Shown one piece after another: positions 18,534-26,989 of a stretch of DNA of 64,000 bases. The notes beneath the pieces were generated by a model. The model had not been told where the DNA came from, searched no databases, and saw only the letters and a program-made list of their open reading frames with translations. Every line of letters starts with the position of its first letter. Within the stretch, counting starts at the first letter, position 1. Source of the stretch: Candidatus Gottesmanbacteria bacterium (GTDB taxonomy: Bacteria > Patescibacteriota > Microgenomatia > JAMCYU01); NCBI GenBank assembly GCA_043801155.1, contig JAZDMI010000021.1, positions 194,683 to 258,682 on the forward strand, written 5' to 3'. The translations under genes were made by a program, and so were the position numbers.

Positions 18534-20232
18534 AAAGCTATTACCATTAATATTGATTATTATTTTAAGCTGGTGGGCAATAAATAGTCTTTTCCATACT
18601 GGTTTTTTCCCAATGCACGACGATGAGCAGATCGCCAGACTTTATGAGCTTCATCAGACGCTAATTAATGGTCAATTTCCTCCCCGGTGGATATCTAATT
18701 TGGGTTTTGGTTTTGGATATCCATTCTATAATTTTTATCCACCATTAGTTTATTATTTTGGCGAAGTTTTTCATCTGATCGGAATCAATCTTATCCTATC
18801 GACGAAACTAGTAATAATTTTAGGGACGTTATTATCAGGTATCTTTATTTATTTATTAGCTAAAGAATTTTTTGGTCGAATTGGAGGAATTATTGCGGCA
18901 ATATTTTATATTTATACCCCCTATCATGCTTTAGATTTATACGTTAGGGGAGCTTTGGCAGAATTTTTCTCTGGTGTCTTTATCCCGGCATGCCTTTGGT
19001 CAACGGTCAGGCTTATTCGTACCAAGGATATAAAATGGCTTATTATTAATAGTGTATTTTTATCATGTTTAGTATTAAGTCATAATTTAATCGCGATTGC
19101 GTTTATACCATTTTATTTATTATGGATAGTATTTTTTCTTTTTAAAGAACAAAAAAGAAAAAGATCAACTTATCTATTATTAGGGTCGATTATTTTAGCT
19201 TTTGGTTTAAGTGCCTATTTTGCGTTGCCAGCAATTATCGAGAAGAAATATACCTTGGTAGATACGATATTAACCGGAGAGCTAGCCTCATATAAACTTC
19301 ATTTTGTTTATCTTCGGCAATTTTGGAATTCGCCATGGGGTTATGGTGGCTCAATATACGGTCTTCATGACGGTATGTCTTTTGAGGTTGGCAAGATTCA
19401 TTTAATTTTAGCTATCCTAGGAGGGATACTGGGTTTTTACCATATCTTTAAAAAAGAAAAAACTGGTTTACAATTTACCTTTTTCTTTATATTATTTTTA
19501 CTTTCATTATTCATGGCTAGTTTTCACTCTGATTTTATCTGGAGCAAAATTCAACCATTATGGTATTTACAATTTCCCTGGCGTTTTTTAATATTTGCAT
19601 CCATTTTTGCCTCTTTATTGGCTGGTCGAATAATTGATTATTTTATGAGGATTACCAGAATTCATAGAGGAATCAAATGGAGCTTGGTAATTATAGTTAT
19701 TGTCACCGTCATTATCCTTAACAAAGATTATTTTCAGCCAGCCCGCTATTTAGAAGTCAGTGACAGAAATTACACCTCTAAAGAAGATTTGCAATGGCGG
19801 GTAAGCAAGATGTCATTTGAATACGTCCCCAAGGGAGTAAGGACTGTATATTCTGATATCGGGACAACCCAGATAGACATTACTAAGGCAGAATTACCGG
19901 AAAAATCCTTTAAATCTTCAGCTGTGGCAACGATTATTGAAATAGTAAACAAACCGCATTTTAAAAAATATCAAGTTTCCGGGAGTGGCACAATTCTAAC
20001 AATTAATACCTATAATTTCCCGGGTTGGGAAGTTACCCTTGACGATCAAAAAGTTGACATTAATGATAACAATAAATTTAAATTGATCACGATTAAGGTC
20101 CCCAAGGGCGAGCATATGGTTATTGCCCAATTTAACAATACCCCAATAAGAACGATAGGAAATTCTATAACATTATCTAGTATAATTTTATTGATATTAT
20201 TAATAATATGGAGAAAAAACAAAAAGTTTTAA
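18526..20232 (+). CDS. 'Family B' polytopic membrane protein (paralog 2)
   Basis: FPMHDDEQIARLYELHQTLINGQFPPRWISNLGFGFGYPFYNFYPPL; internal YFALPA and QFPWRF; C-terminal YNFPGWEVTLDDQKVDI...PKGEHMVIAQF. Confidence 0.55.
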   Translation: MIKKLLPLILIIILSWWAINSLFHTGFFPMHDDEQIARLYELHQTLINGQFPPRWISNLGFGFGYPFYNFYPPLVYYFGEVFHLIGINLILSTKLVIILGTLLSGIFIYLLAKEFFGRIGGIIAAIFYIYTPYHALDLYVRGALAEFFSGVFIPACLWSTVRLIRTKDIKWLIINSVFLSCLVLSHNLIAIAFIPFYLLWIVFFLFKEQKRKRSTYLLLGSIILAFGLSAYFALPAIIEKKYTLVDTILTGELASYKLHFVYLRQFWNSPWGYGGSIYGLHDGMSFEVGKIHLILAILGGILGFYHIFKKEKTGLQFTFFFILFLLSLFMASFHSDFIWSKIQPLWYLQFPWRFLIFASIFASLLAGRIIDYFMRITRIHRGIKWSLVIIVIVTVIILNKDYFQPARYLEVSDRNYTSKEDLQWRVSKMSFEYVPKGVRTVYSDIGTTQIDITKAELPEKSFKSSAVATIIEIVNKPHFKKYQVSGSGTILTINTYNFPGWEVTLDDQKVDINDNNKFKLITIKVPKGEHMVIAQFNNTPIRTIGNSITLSSIILLILLIIWRKNKKF

Positions 20233-20930
20233 TTGTTATTCCTGTATTTAATGAAGAGAAAGATCTTCTCGAGTGTATTCAACGTCTAAAAAAGGTATTA
20301 GAAATTATTGATACCGTAACCTGGCAAATTGTTATTGCTGATAATGCCTCCAATGACAATACCCCTGATATTGCAAGGTTAATATCCAAAGATGATACAA
20401 GACTAATTTATCTGCGCCTGGAACAAAAGGGACGTGGCCGGGCAATAAAAAAAGCCTGGACACAATTTCCTTCAGATATATATGTATATATGGATGTAGA
20501 TTTATCAACCGATCTTAAACATCTTCCAGCCCTTATTAAAGCGATCGATAAATATGATATTGCTATAGGTTCTAGGCTCCATCTTGGGTCAAAAGTTGTC
20601 GGTAGATCACTAAAGCGGGAGATTATATCCCGCACTTATAATATATTAATCGGGCTTATGTTCTTAACTCATTTTTCCGACGCTCAATGCGGCTTCAAAG
20701 CTGTCAATGATAATATTGTCAAGAATTTATTACCAAAAATCATCGATAACGATTGGTTTTTTGACAGTGAACTCCTGATCGTTGGCGAAAAAAGTGGTTA
20801 TAAAATTTATGAAGAACCGGTTTTTTGGGTTGATAATCCGGGCTCAACAGTACGGGTATTAAAGACAATCACCGGCGATCTACGAGGATTGCTACGACTC
20901 TTCATTTCTAGGCCTTGGAATAAGGAGTAA
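20208..20930 (+). CDS. GT2 glycosyltransferase (polyprenyl-phosphate sugar synthase-like)
   Basis: VLIVIPVFNEEKDL...IADNASNDNT, YMDVDLSTD, GSRL motifs; 240 aa. Confidence 0.7.
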   Translation: MEKKQKVLIVIPVFNEEKDLLECIQRLKKVLEIIDTVTWQIVIADNASNDNTPDIARLISKDDTRLIYLRLEQKGRGRAIKKAWTQFPSDIYVYMDVDLSTDLKHLPALIKAIDKYDIAIGSRLHLGSKVVGRSLKREIISRTYNILIGLMFLTHFSDAQCGFKAVNDNIVKNLLPKIIDNDWFFDSELLIVGEKSGYKIYEEPVFWVDNPGSTVRVLKTITGDLRGLLRLFISRPWNKE

Positions 20931-20942
20931 ATATATCTTTGT

Positions 20943-22430
20943 TTGGAGATAAAATCGCTACCTGTTATAATTTATGTTATGGACGAAATCGGGATTGAGG
21001 AAGTTAAAAAGCGTGCCGTTAAGGGAATTCTTGCTTTAACATCTCGGACTTTCATTCTGCAACTGATATCGTTTTTAACTACCTTCCTATTAACTATTTT
21101 TTTAGCACCATCTATTTTCGGTGTTTTCTTCGTGGTTTCAGCCGTCATATCTTTTTTAGGTTACTTTTCCGATATCGGACTAGCGGCAGCATTAGTTCAG
21201 AAGCAAGAACCAGTAAGCGATGATGATTTAAAGACTACCTTTACCATCCAGCAAATCCTTGTTGGTATAGTTGTTATTGTTGCCCTTGTATTATCTAGGC
21301 CTTTTAGTCTATTTTATAATTTAGATTCAACAGGCCTATGGTTATTTAGAGCTCTAGTTATATCTTTTTTCTTATCTTCATTAAAAACTATACCCTCCGT
21401 TTTGTTAGAGAGGCGATTAGACTTTAATCGTTTAGTCATTCCCCAGATAATAGAAACAGCTCTTTTTGGTTTTGTGGCTGTTGTATTAGCCATGAAGGGT
21501 TTTGGAATTATGTCCTTTACTTGGGCTGTATTAGTGAGGGGGACTAGCGGTTTAATTGCCATCTATATTTTATCACCTTGGTCTATTGGATTTGGTTTCT
21601 CTAGAGGCACTGCCAATAAGCTTCTTTCTTTTGGTATTCCGTTTCAGGTAAATTCATTATTGGCTTTAATTAAAGATGACTTGTTTACGATATTTTTAGG
21701 TAAGATCTTACCCTTTGCCCAGGTAGGTTACATTGGTTGGGCTAAAAAATGGGCGGAGTTTCCACTAAGACTGGTAATGGATAATGTCATCCGGGTAACA
21801 TTTCCAGCGTACGCACGATTGCAAAAATCTCCAACTGATCTTTCTAAAGCATTAGAGAAATCAATATTTTTCTTAGCCTTTTTGATTTTACCAATAAGTG
21901 TCGCCTTAATTTTTTTGATAAAACCATTAGTTTCTATAATCCCCAGGTATAGTAAATGGGATCCGGCGCTTTTTTCCTTTTATCTTTTTGTTATTACTGG
22001 CATTTTTGCCGGTCTATCGACACCATTAACTAATATCTTAAATGCAATCGGGAAAATTAAAATTACCCTTTGGTTAATGGTGATGTGGACGATACTGACA
22101 TGGATTATTTCACCTTTGTTAGTTTTTAAATTCGGATTTAATGGCGTAGCCATGGGAGGATTATTAATCGGAACAACTGTTTTTGTTCCAATAATAGCGA
22201 CCAAGAGATTTATAAGTTTTAATATCTTTAGCCAAATAATTTCTCCATTGATGGCATCATTGGTATTAGCCTTTTTCTTATATTTTGCAGGTTCTTCTGT
22301 TAAATCAATATTTTCTTTAATTACTATAGCTTTAATCGGTAGTCTGATCTACTTAATTTTTATTTATATCTTTACTAAGGGTAAAATATTGAAGGAGGTA
22401 AAAAAATTATGGCAAAACTCTCGGTCGTAA
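20943..22430 (+). CDS. Polysaccharide/oligosaccharide flippase (Wzx-like, MOP superfamily)
   Basis: About 495 aa with 12-14 TM helices; KKRAVKGILALTSRTF N-terminal pattern typical of 'polysaccharide biosynthesis protein' flippases. The true start may be the internal Met (MDEIG...). Confidence 0.65.
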   Translation: MEIKSLPVIIYVMDEIGIEEVKKRAVKGILALTSRTFILQLISFLTTFLLTIFLAPSIFGVFFVVSAVISFLGYFSDIGLAAALVQKQEPVSDDDLKTTFTIQQILVGIVVIVALVLSRPFSLFYNLDSTGLWLFRALVISFFLSSLKTIPSVLLERRLDFNRLVIPQIIETALFGFVAVVLAMKGFGIMSFTWAVLVRGTSGLIAIYILSPWSIGFGFSRGTANKLLSFGIPFQVNSLLALIKDDLFTIFLGKILPFAQVGYIGWAKKWAEFPLRLVMDNVIRVTFPAYARLQKSPTDLSKALEKSIFFLAFLILPISVALIFLIKPLVSIIPRYSKWDPALFSFYLFVITGIFAGLSTPLTNILNAIGKIKITLWLMVMWTILTWIISPLLVFKFGFNGVAMGGLLIGTTVFVPIIATKRFISFNIFSQIISPLMASLVLAFFLYFAGSSVKSIFSLITIALIGSLIYLIFIYIFTKGKILKEVKKLWQNSRS

Positions 22431-23314
22431 TATCAGCCTTTAATGAAGAAAGAAATATCATTGATTGTCTTGTGTCGGTCCACGGCTTAGCCGACGAAAT
22501 TATCTTAGTTGATAATACGTCAACTGATAAAACAGTAGAGATAGCCAAAGAGTTCCAGGCAAAAATCTACAGTCAACCCAATAAACCGATGCTTAATATT
22601 AATAAAAATTATGGTTTTTCCAAAGCAACCGGTGACTGGATATTGAATTTAGACGCTGATGAAAGAATTACTCCCCAATTAAGGGAAGAAATTCTGACGA
22701 TACTTCATTCACCGAGTTCCGATATTAACGGCTATTGGATTCCACGGAAAAATATTATTTTCGGAAAATGGATTCAGCATTCTCTTTGGTGGCCGGATGA
22801 ACAACTGCGACTCTTTAAGAACGGTAAAGGTAAATTTCCCGAGCAGCATGTTCATGAATATATTCAGGTTGATGGTAAGACCGGCCACTTAAAAAATCCA
22901 ATGGACCACCAAAACTATTCTTCGGTCTCACAGTGGCTATATAAGATGGATAATATTTATAGTAATAATGAGGTGGAGAATTTTCTGACATCTAAAAAAG
23001 AGCTGCATTGGACAGACGCACTAAAATGGCCGGTTAGTGATTTTTTAAAAACATATTTTTCTCAGCAAGGATACAAAGATGGATTACATGGTTTGGTTCT
23101 AAGTATGTTGCAGGCTTTTTATATGGAAATCGTTTTTGCCAAGATTTGGGAAAGACAAGGTTTCAAAAAGGAAGAACCAGATAAGAATATGATTGCCGGG
23201 GAGATCATCAGCTTACATAAAGATATGAATTATTGGTTAAGAACGATGGAATTAGAGAATTCAAAAGGTTTTAAGCGATTAATATTGCGAATTCTTCGTA
23301 AAATTAGAATTTAA
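22409..23314 (+). CDS. GT2 glycosyltransferase (WaaE/KdtX-like subfamily), paralog 1 of 3
   Basis: LSVVISAFNEERNIIDCL...ILVDNTSTDKT, NLDADER; conserved C-terminal GYKDGLHGL block shared with ORFs 26219 and 46318 (GFRDGTPGL, GFMDSWQG). Confidence 0.65.
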   Translation: MAKLSVVISAFNEERNIIDCLVSVHGLADEIILVDNTSTDKTVEIAKEFQAKIYSQPNKPMLNINKNYGFSKATGDWILNLDADERITPQLREEILTILHSPSSDINGYWIPRKNIIFGKWIQHSLWWPDEQLRLFKNGKGKFPEQHVHEYIQVDGKTGHLKNPMDHQNYSSVSQWLYKMDNIYSNNEVENFLTSKKELHWTDALKWPVSDFLKTYFSQQGYKDGLHGLVLSMLQAFYMEIVFAKIWERQGFKKEEPDKNMIAGEIISLHKDMNYWLRTMELENSKGFKRLILRILRKIRI

Positions 23315-23315
23315 T

Positions 23316-24233
23316 ATGCCCAAAGTATTTATTATTATTCTTAATTGGAATGGGAAGAAAGATACCATCGAGTGTCTAGAATCCATAAAAAACATGGAAC
23401 ATGAAACATGGAACATGAAACCTGTTGTGGTAGACAATGGCTCGGCAGATGGATCGGTAAACGAAATTGAGAAATTGAGAAATTTAGAATTGAAGGATTT
23501 AAAAATAATTGCCAATAAGACTAATTTAGGTTTTGCAGAAGGAAATAATGTTGGAATAAGATATGCATTGGAAAATGGAGCAGATTATATTTTATTTCTA
23601 AATAACGATACGATTGTAGATCAGAATTTGGTAAAACAGTTGCTAAAGGTAATGGAAGAAAATCCGAGCGTTGGCATAGCCGGACCTAAAATTTATTTTG
23701 CTTCTGGTTTTGAATTTCATCATGATCGTTATCGAGAAGAGGACAGGGGAAAAGTTATTTGGTACGCCGGAGGAATAATTGACTGGATGAATGTTTACGC
23801 CAGCCATCGGGGAGTCGACGAAGTTGATCACGGTCAATATAATCAGACGATGGAGACTGATTTTGTGAGTGGGTGTGCGATGATAGTTCGATGTGATGTA
23901 TTTAAAAGAATTGGGCTTTTTGATAAAAAGTATTTCCTTTATTGGGAGGATAATGATTTTTGTCAGCGAGCTAAAAAGAAAGGCTTTAAAATCTTTTATT
24001 ATCCACCAGCATTTTTATGGCACAAAAATGCTGCTTCGTCAAACAAACCAGGTTCTAATATCCATCTGTATTATCAAACACGCAATCGTCTTCTTTTTGG
24101 ATTAAAATATGCTCCGTGGAAAAGTAAGCTAGCTCTATTTCGAGAAAGTATAAAATTTCTTTTCGAACATAATATTTGTCAGCAAGCAATAAAAGATTTT
24201 TATCTAGCAAGATTCGGAGCTAAACATTCATAG
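23316..24233 (+). CDS. GT2 glycosyltransferase (rhamnosyl/hexosyl-transferase-like, WbbL-type fold)
   Basis: IIILNWNGKKDTIECLESI ... VVDNGSADGS ... GFAEGNN ... FLNNDT ... WEDNDFCQRAKKKGF: canonical GT2 family-2 motifs. Confidence 0.7.
   Translation: MPKVFIIILNWNGKKDTIECLESIKNMEHETWNMKPVVVDNGSADGSVNEIEKLRNLELKDLKIIANKTNLGFAEGNNVGIRYALENGADYILFLNNDTIVDQNLVKQLLKVMEENPSVGIAGPKIYFASGFEFHHDRYREEDRGKVIWYAGGIIDWMNVYASHRGVDEVDHGQYNQTMETDFVSGCAMIVRCDVFKRIGLFDKKYFLYWEDNDFCQRAKKKGFKIFYYPPAFLWHKNAASSNKPGSNIHLYYQTRNRLLFGLKYAPWKSKLALFRESIKFLFEHNICQQAIKDFYLARFGAKHS
23392..23419 (+). repeat. Tandem heptanucleotide repeat (ACATGGA/ACATGAA)x2, i.e. a 14-bp unit x2, inside the GT2 coding sequence
   Basis: Read directly: ACATGGAACATGAA ACATGGAACATGAA; encodes MEHETWNMK in the loop before the VVDNGS motif. 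Confidence 0.6.
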
Positions 24234-24257
24234 CCACTATAAGAAAGAGGCAATATC

Positions 24258-26222
24258 TTGATCTTTCTTGACAGTATCTTCATAAAATCTTTTCTTACCA
24301 ATACCTTATTTTTCTTCTGGTTTATAGCGGCATCAATTTTAGCTTTTTATATTCCGGCTGATATTGTTCTTGGAAAGAGACTTTCTAGCTTATCTTCGAT
24401 ATTAGAAAAAATATCGATTAGATTATCAATTGGTCTGGTACTTTGGGCTTACCAGACAATTATTTTTGGCTATCTTAAATTAAGATTTCTAAGTTATTTA
24501 TATATTATATTATTCTTAATTATATGGTTTCATAAAAAGTTTTATTTGTCGATTAATATTAAGGAATTTTTTAAATTAAAGACGAATTATCTACTTCTTT
24601 TAGTTTTTATTCTCGGAATATTCGGACAAGTATTGCAATTTTTACCCCTAGGTTTTAAGTTTACTGAAGGTATATACTCAACAGCCTCAGCTAATGATGA
24701 TGCTCTTTGGCATGCTGCTCTGACAACGCAAATTATTAACCGTTATCCACCCTTTGAACCTGGTTTAGCTGGAGTTGAGGTTCACAATTATCATTATTGG
24801 GCAAATATTGTTATGGGGGATTTCATCCGTGTGTTTAAACTACCAATAATGCCAACAATATTTATATATTTTTCACTATTTCTTTCTTTCTTACTAGGTG
24901 GAGTAAGTTATGTTTTGGGTAAGATCTTAAATTTTTCAAAAGTGGGTATCATTATTTTTGTCTATCTCCAGTATTTTTCTTCAGACATAATTTATCTTCT
25001 AATAATGTTTACACGCCATACTTTAGATTTTACAGTTCAGCCTCTTGAGGCCGGAACGATGTTCCTAGAAAATCCTCCACGGGCTTTTTCCATCATTGTT
25101 GCCTTATCAAGCATCGTTCTATTAGTTTCCTGGTTAAGGAAACAGGATAGACGAATTTTAATAGTCTTAATACTTCTATCATCATCAATCATTGGTTTTA
25201 AGGTGAATACAGGCATAATGGTTTTGGGGGGATTTTGTTGCTTGAGTCTATATTATCTTTTCAGAAAGAATTTTAATATTTTGATAATTACCATCAGCAT
25301 AATAATTTTAAGCCTTTTGATATATCTACCGGTTAATCGTAATTCTGGTACCCTTTTTTATGCTCCATTTGAAATGTCGAGAATGTTTGCTGTCCAGCCT
25401 AACATAAACTTAAGCAGATTGGAATTAGCACGCCGAATCTATGAAAGTAATTTTAATTATTTTCAGGCGCGACGGATGGATTTAATGATGTTAACTTTAT
25501 TTTTAATCAGCGAATTCGGCGTCAGAAATTTAGGTTGGTTACCGCTACGAGTTACTCTCATTAGTATAGGTTATCCATTGCTGATATTTCTCTATGGTGG
25601 GATATTCATGGCAATTTTTTTAGGAACATTTTTTTATCAAACGACTGGAGGAGCAAATATTTTTAATTTCTATTTAGCAGCTAGTTTATTTTTATCTATT
25701 TTATCTGTACCAATTCTAAGTCAATTAATTCAATCAAAAAAATCATTAATAAAGGCTATCATAATTATTTTATTACTTTTATCAACACAACCCAGATGGA
25801 TTAGTAGTGTTTCATCATATTATGAATCCTTTTTATATGTATATAGGGAAAAAAGAACTGTTCTTGATACCAGCGAATTGGAAGCATTAAATTTTATCAA
25901 TAAGAATACAGAGAAAAACTCAATAATTATGGTTGTCAGTCAGGGTTTACATCCGGCAGTTTTTACTCAAAGGAACCTTTTTCTTGCCGGCAAAGGGATA
26001 CTGGAGAGCCATGTAGTTCCTTTTAAATCCCGTGAAGAAGTCGTGGAGATAGTTTTATTTAGTCCAAGTGCTAAAATAGTTAAAGAGACATTAAAAAATA
26101 ACCAGATTGATTATTTATTATTTAATACTGGTCAACCATCGATACCGGCTGGATTTGAGAACGTTTCATTAAAAAAGGTATTCCAAAATAAACAGAATAC
26201 GGTTTTTAAATTTTCAAATTGA
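24258..26222 (+). CDS. Large polytopic membrane protein of unknown function (TTG start; RBS AAGAAAGAGG upstream)
   Basis: 654 aa, more than 12 hydrophobic segments and a C-terminal soluble domain; no motif I can assign. Confidence 0.45.
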   Translation: MIFLDSIFIKSFLTNTLFFFWFIAASILAFYIPADIVLGKRLSSLSSILEKISIRLSIGLVLWAYQTIIFGYLKLRFLSYLYIILFLIIWFHKKFYLSINIKEFFKLKTNYLLLLVFILGIFGQVLQFLPLGFKFTEGIYSTASANDDALWHAALTTQIINRYPPFEPGLAGVEVHNYHYWANIVMGDFIRVFKLPIMPTIFIYFSLFLSFLLGGVSYVLGKILNFSKVGIIIFVYLQYFSSDIIYLLIMFTRHTLDFTVQPLEAGTMFLENPPRAFSIIVALSSIVLLVSWLRKQDRRILIVLILLSSSIIGFKVNTGIMVLGGFCCLSLYYLFRKNFNILIITISIIILSLLIYLPVNRNSGTLFYAPFEMSRMFAVQPNINLSRLELARRIYESNFNYFQARRMDLMMLTLFLISEFGVRNLGWLPLRVTLISIGYPLLIFLYGGIFMAIFLGTFFYQTTGGANIFNFYLAASLFLSILSVPILSQLIQSKKSLIKAIIIILLLLSTQPRWISSVSSYYESFLYVYREKRTVLDTSELEALNFINKNTEKNSIIMVVSQGLHPAVFTQRNLFLAGKGILESHVVPFKSREEVVEIVLFSPSAKIVKETLKNNQIDYLLFNTGQPSIPAGFENVSLKKVFQNKQNTVFKFSN

Positions 26223-26989
26223 AAGATGATATGATTTCGGTAATTATTATCGCTAAAAACGAAGAAAATAATATTGCGCAATGTTTAAAATCAGTATCAT
26301 TTGCCGACGAAAAAATAGTTATTGATTCAGGATCGTCAGATAATACAGCTAATATTGCTGGACATTTCGGAGCAAAAGTTTTTGTTCATGATTTCAAAGA
26401 CTTTTCTAACCAGAGAAATTTTGCCCTTTCGAAGTCTTCGGGAGACTGGATATTGTATATTGATGCCGATGAGCGTGTGACCGATAATCTTCGTGACGAA
26501 ATGATGAAAATAATTTCTTCCGCGCAATCCGATAGTGCATATAATATTCCTAGACAAAATATTCGTCTTGGCGGTCATATAATGCATTTTGGTGGTTGGT
26601 GGCCTGATTATGTCACCCGCTTATTTAAAAGAAGTGAATTAAAGAATTGGTACGGTGAAGTTCATGAAAGTCCGAATATCAACGGATCAGTAGGTCGATT
26701 AGCTAACCCCTTACTGCATTACGGTCGTGATCTTAATCGAATCGTTGAAAAAACAATCGAGTGGTCCGCTGTAGAAGCAAGATTATTGTATAAGGCGAAT
26801 CACCCACCGGTTGCTTGGTGGCGATTATTAAAAATTAGCCTTGATGAATTTTTTCGTCGTTATATTATCCTTCAGGGATTTCGTGATGGTACACCCGGCT
26901 TGATAGAGGCAATCTACCAGTCGTTTAGCCGATTTATAACATATGCCAGATTATGGGAGCTTCAACAAAATAATGAGATTAAAACATGA
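26219..26989 (+). CDS. GT2 glycosyltransferase (WaaE/KdtX-like), paralog 2 of 3
   Basis: ISVIIIAKNEENNIAQCL...VIDSGSSDNT, YIDADER, GFRDGTPGLIEA. Confidence 0.65.
   Translation: MKDDMISVIIIAKNEENNIAQCLKSVSFADEKIVIDSGSSDNTANIAGHFGAKVFVHDFKDFSNQRNFALSKSSGDWILYIDADERVTDNLRDEMMKIISSAQSDSAYNIPRQNIRLGGHIMHFGGWWPDYVTRLFKRSELKNWYGEVHESPNINGSVGRLANPLLHYGRDLNRIVEKTIEWSAVEARLLYKANHPPVAWWRLLKISLDEFFRRYIILQGFRDGTPGLIEAIYQSFSRFITYARLWELQQNNEIKT

Noticed and set aside
23392-23419. Short direct repeats considered as a CRISPR-like or mobile-element remnant
   Set aside because: There are only two 14-bp units, they are strictly tandem with no spacers, and they lie inside an intact GT2 reading frame. This is a simple coding microsatellite.
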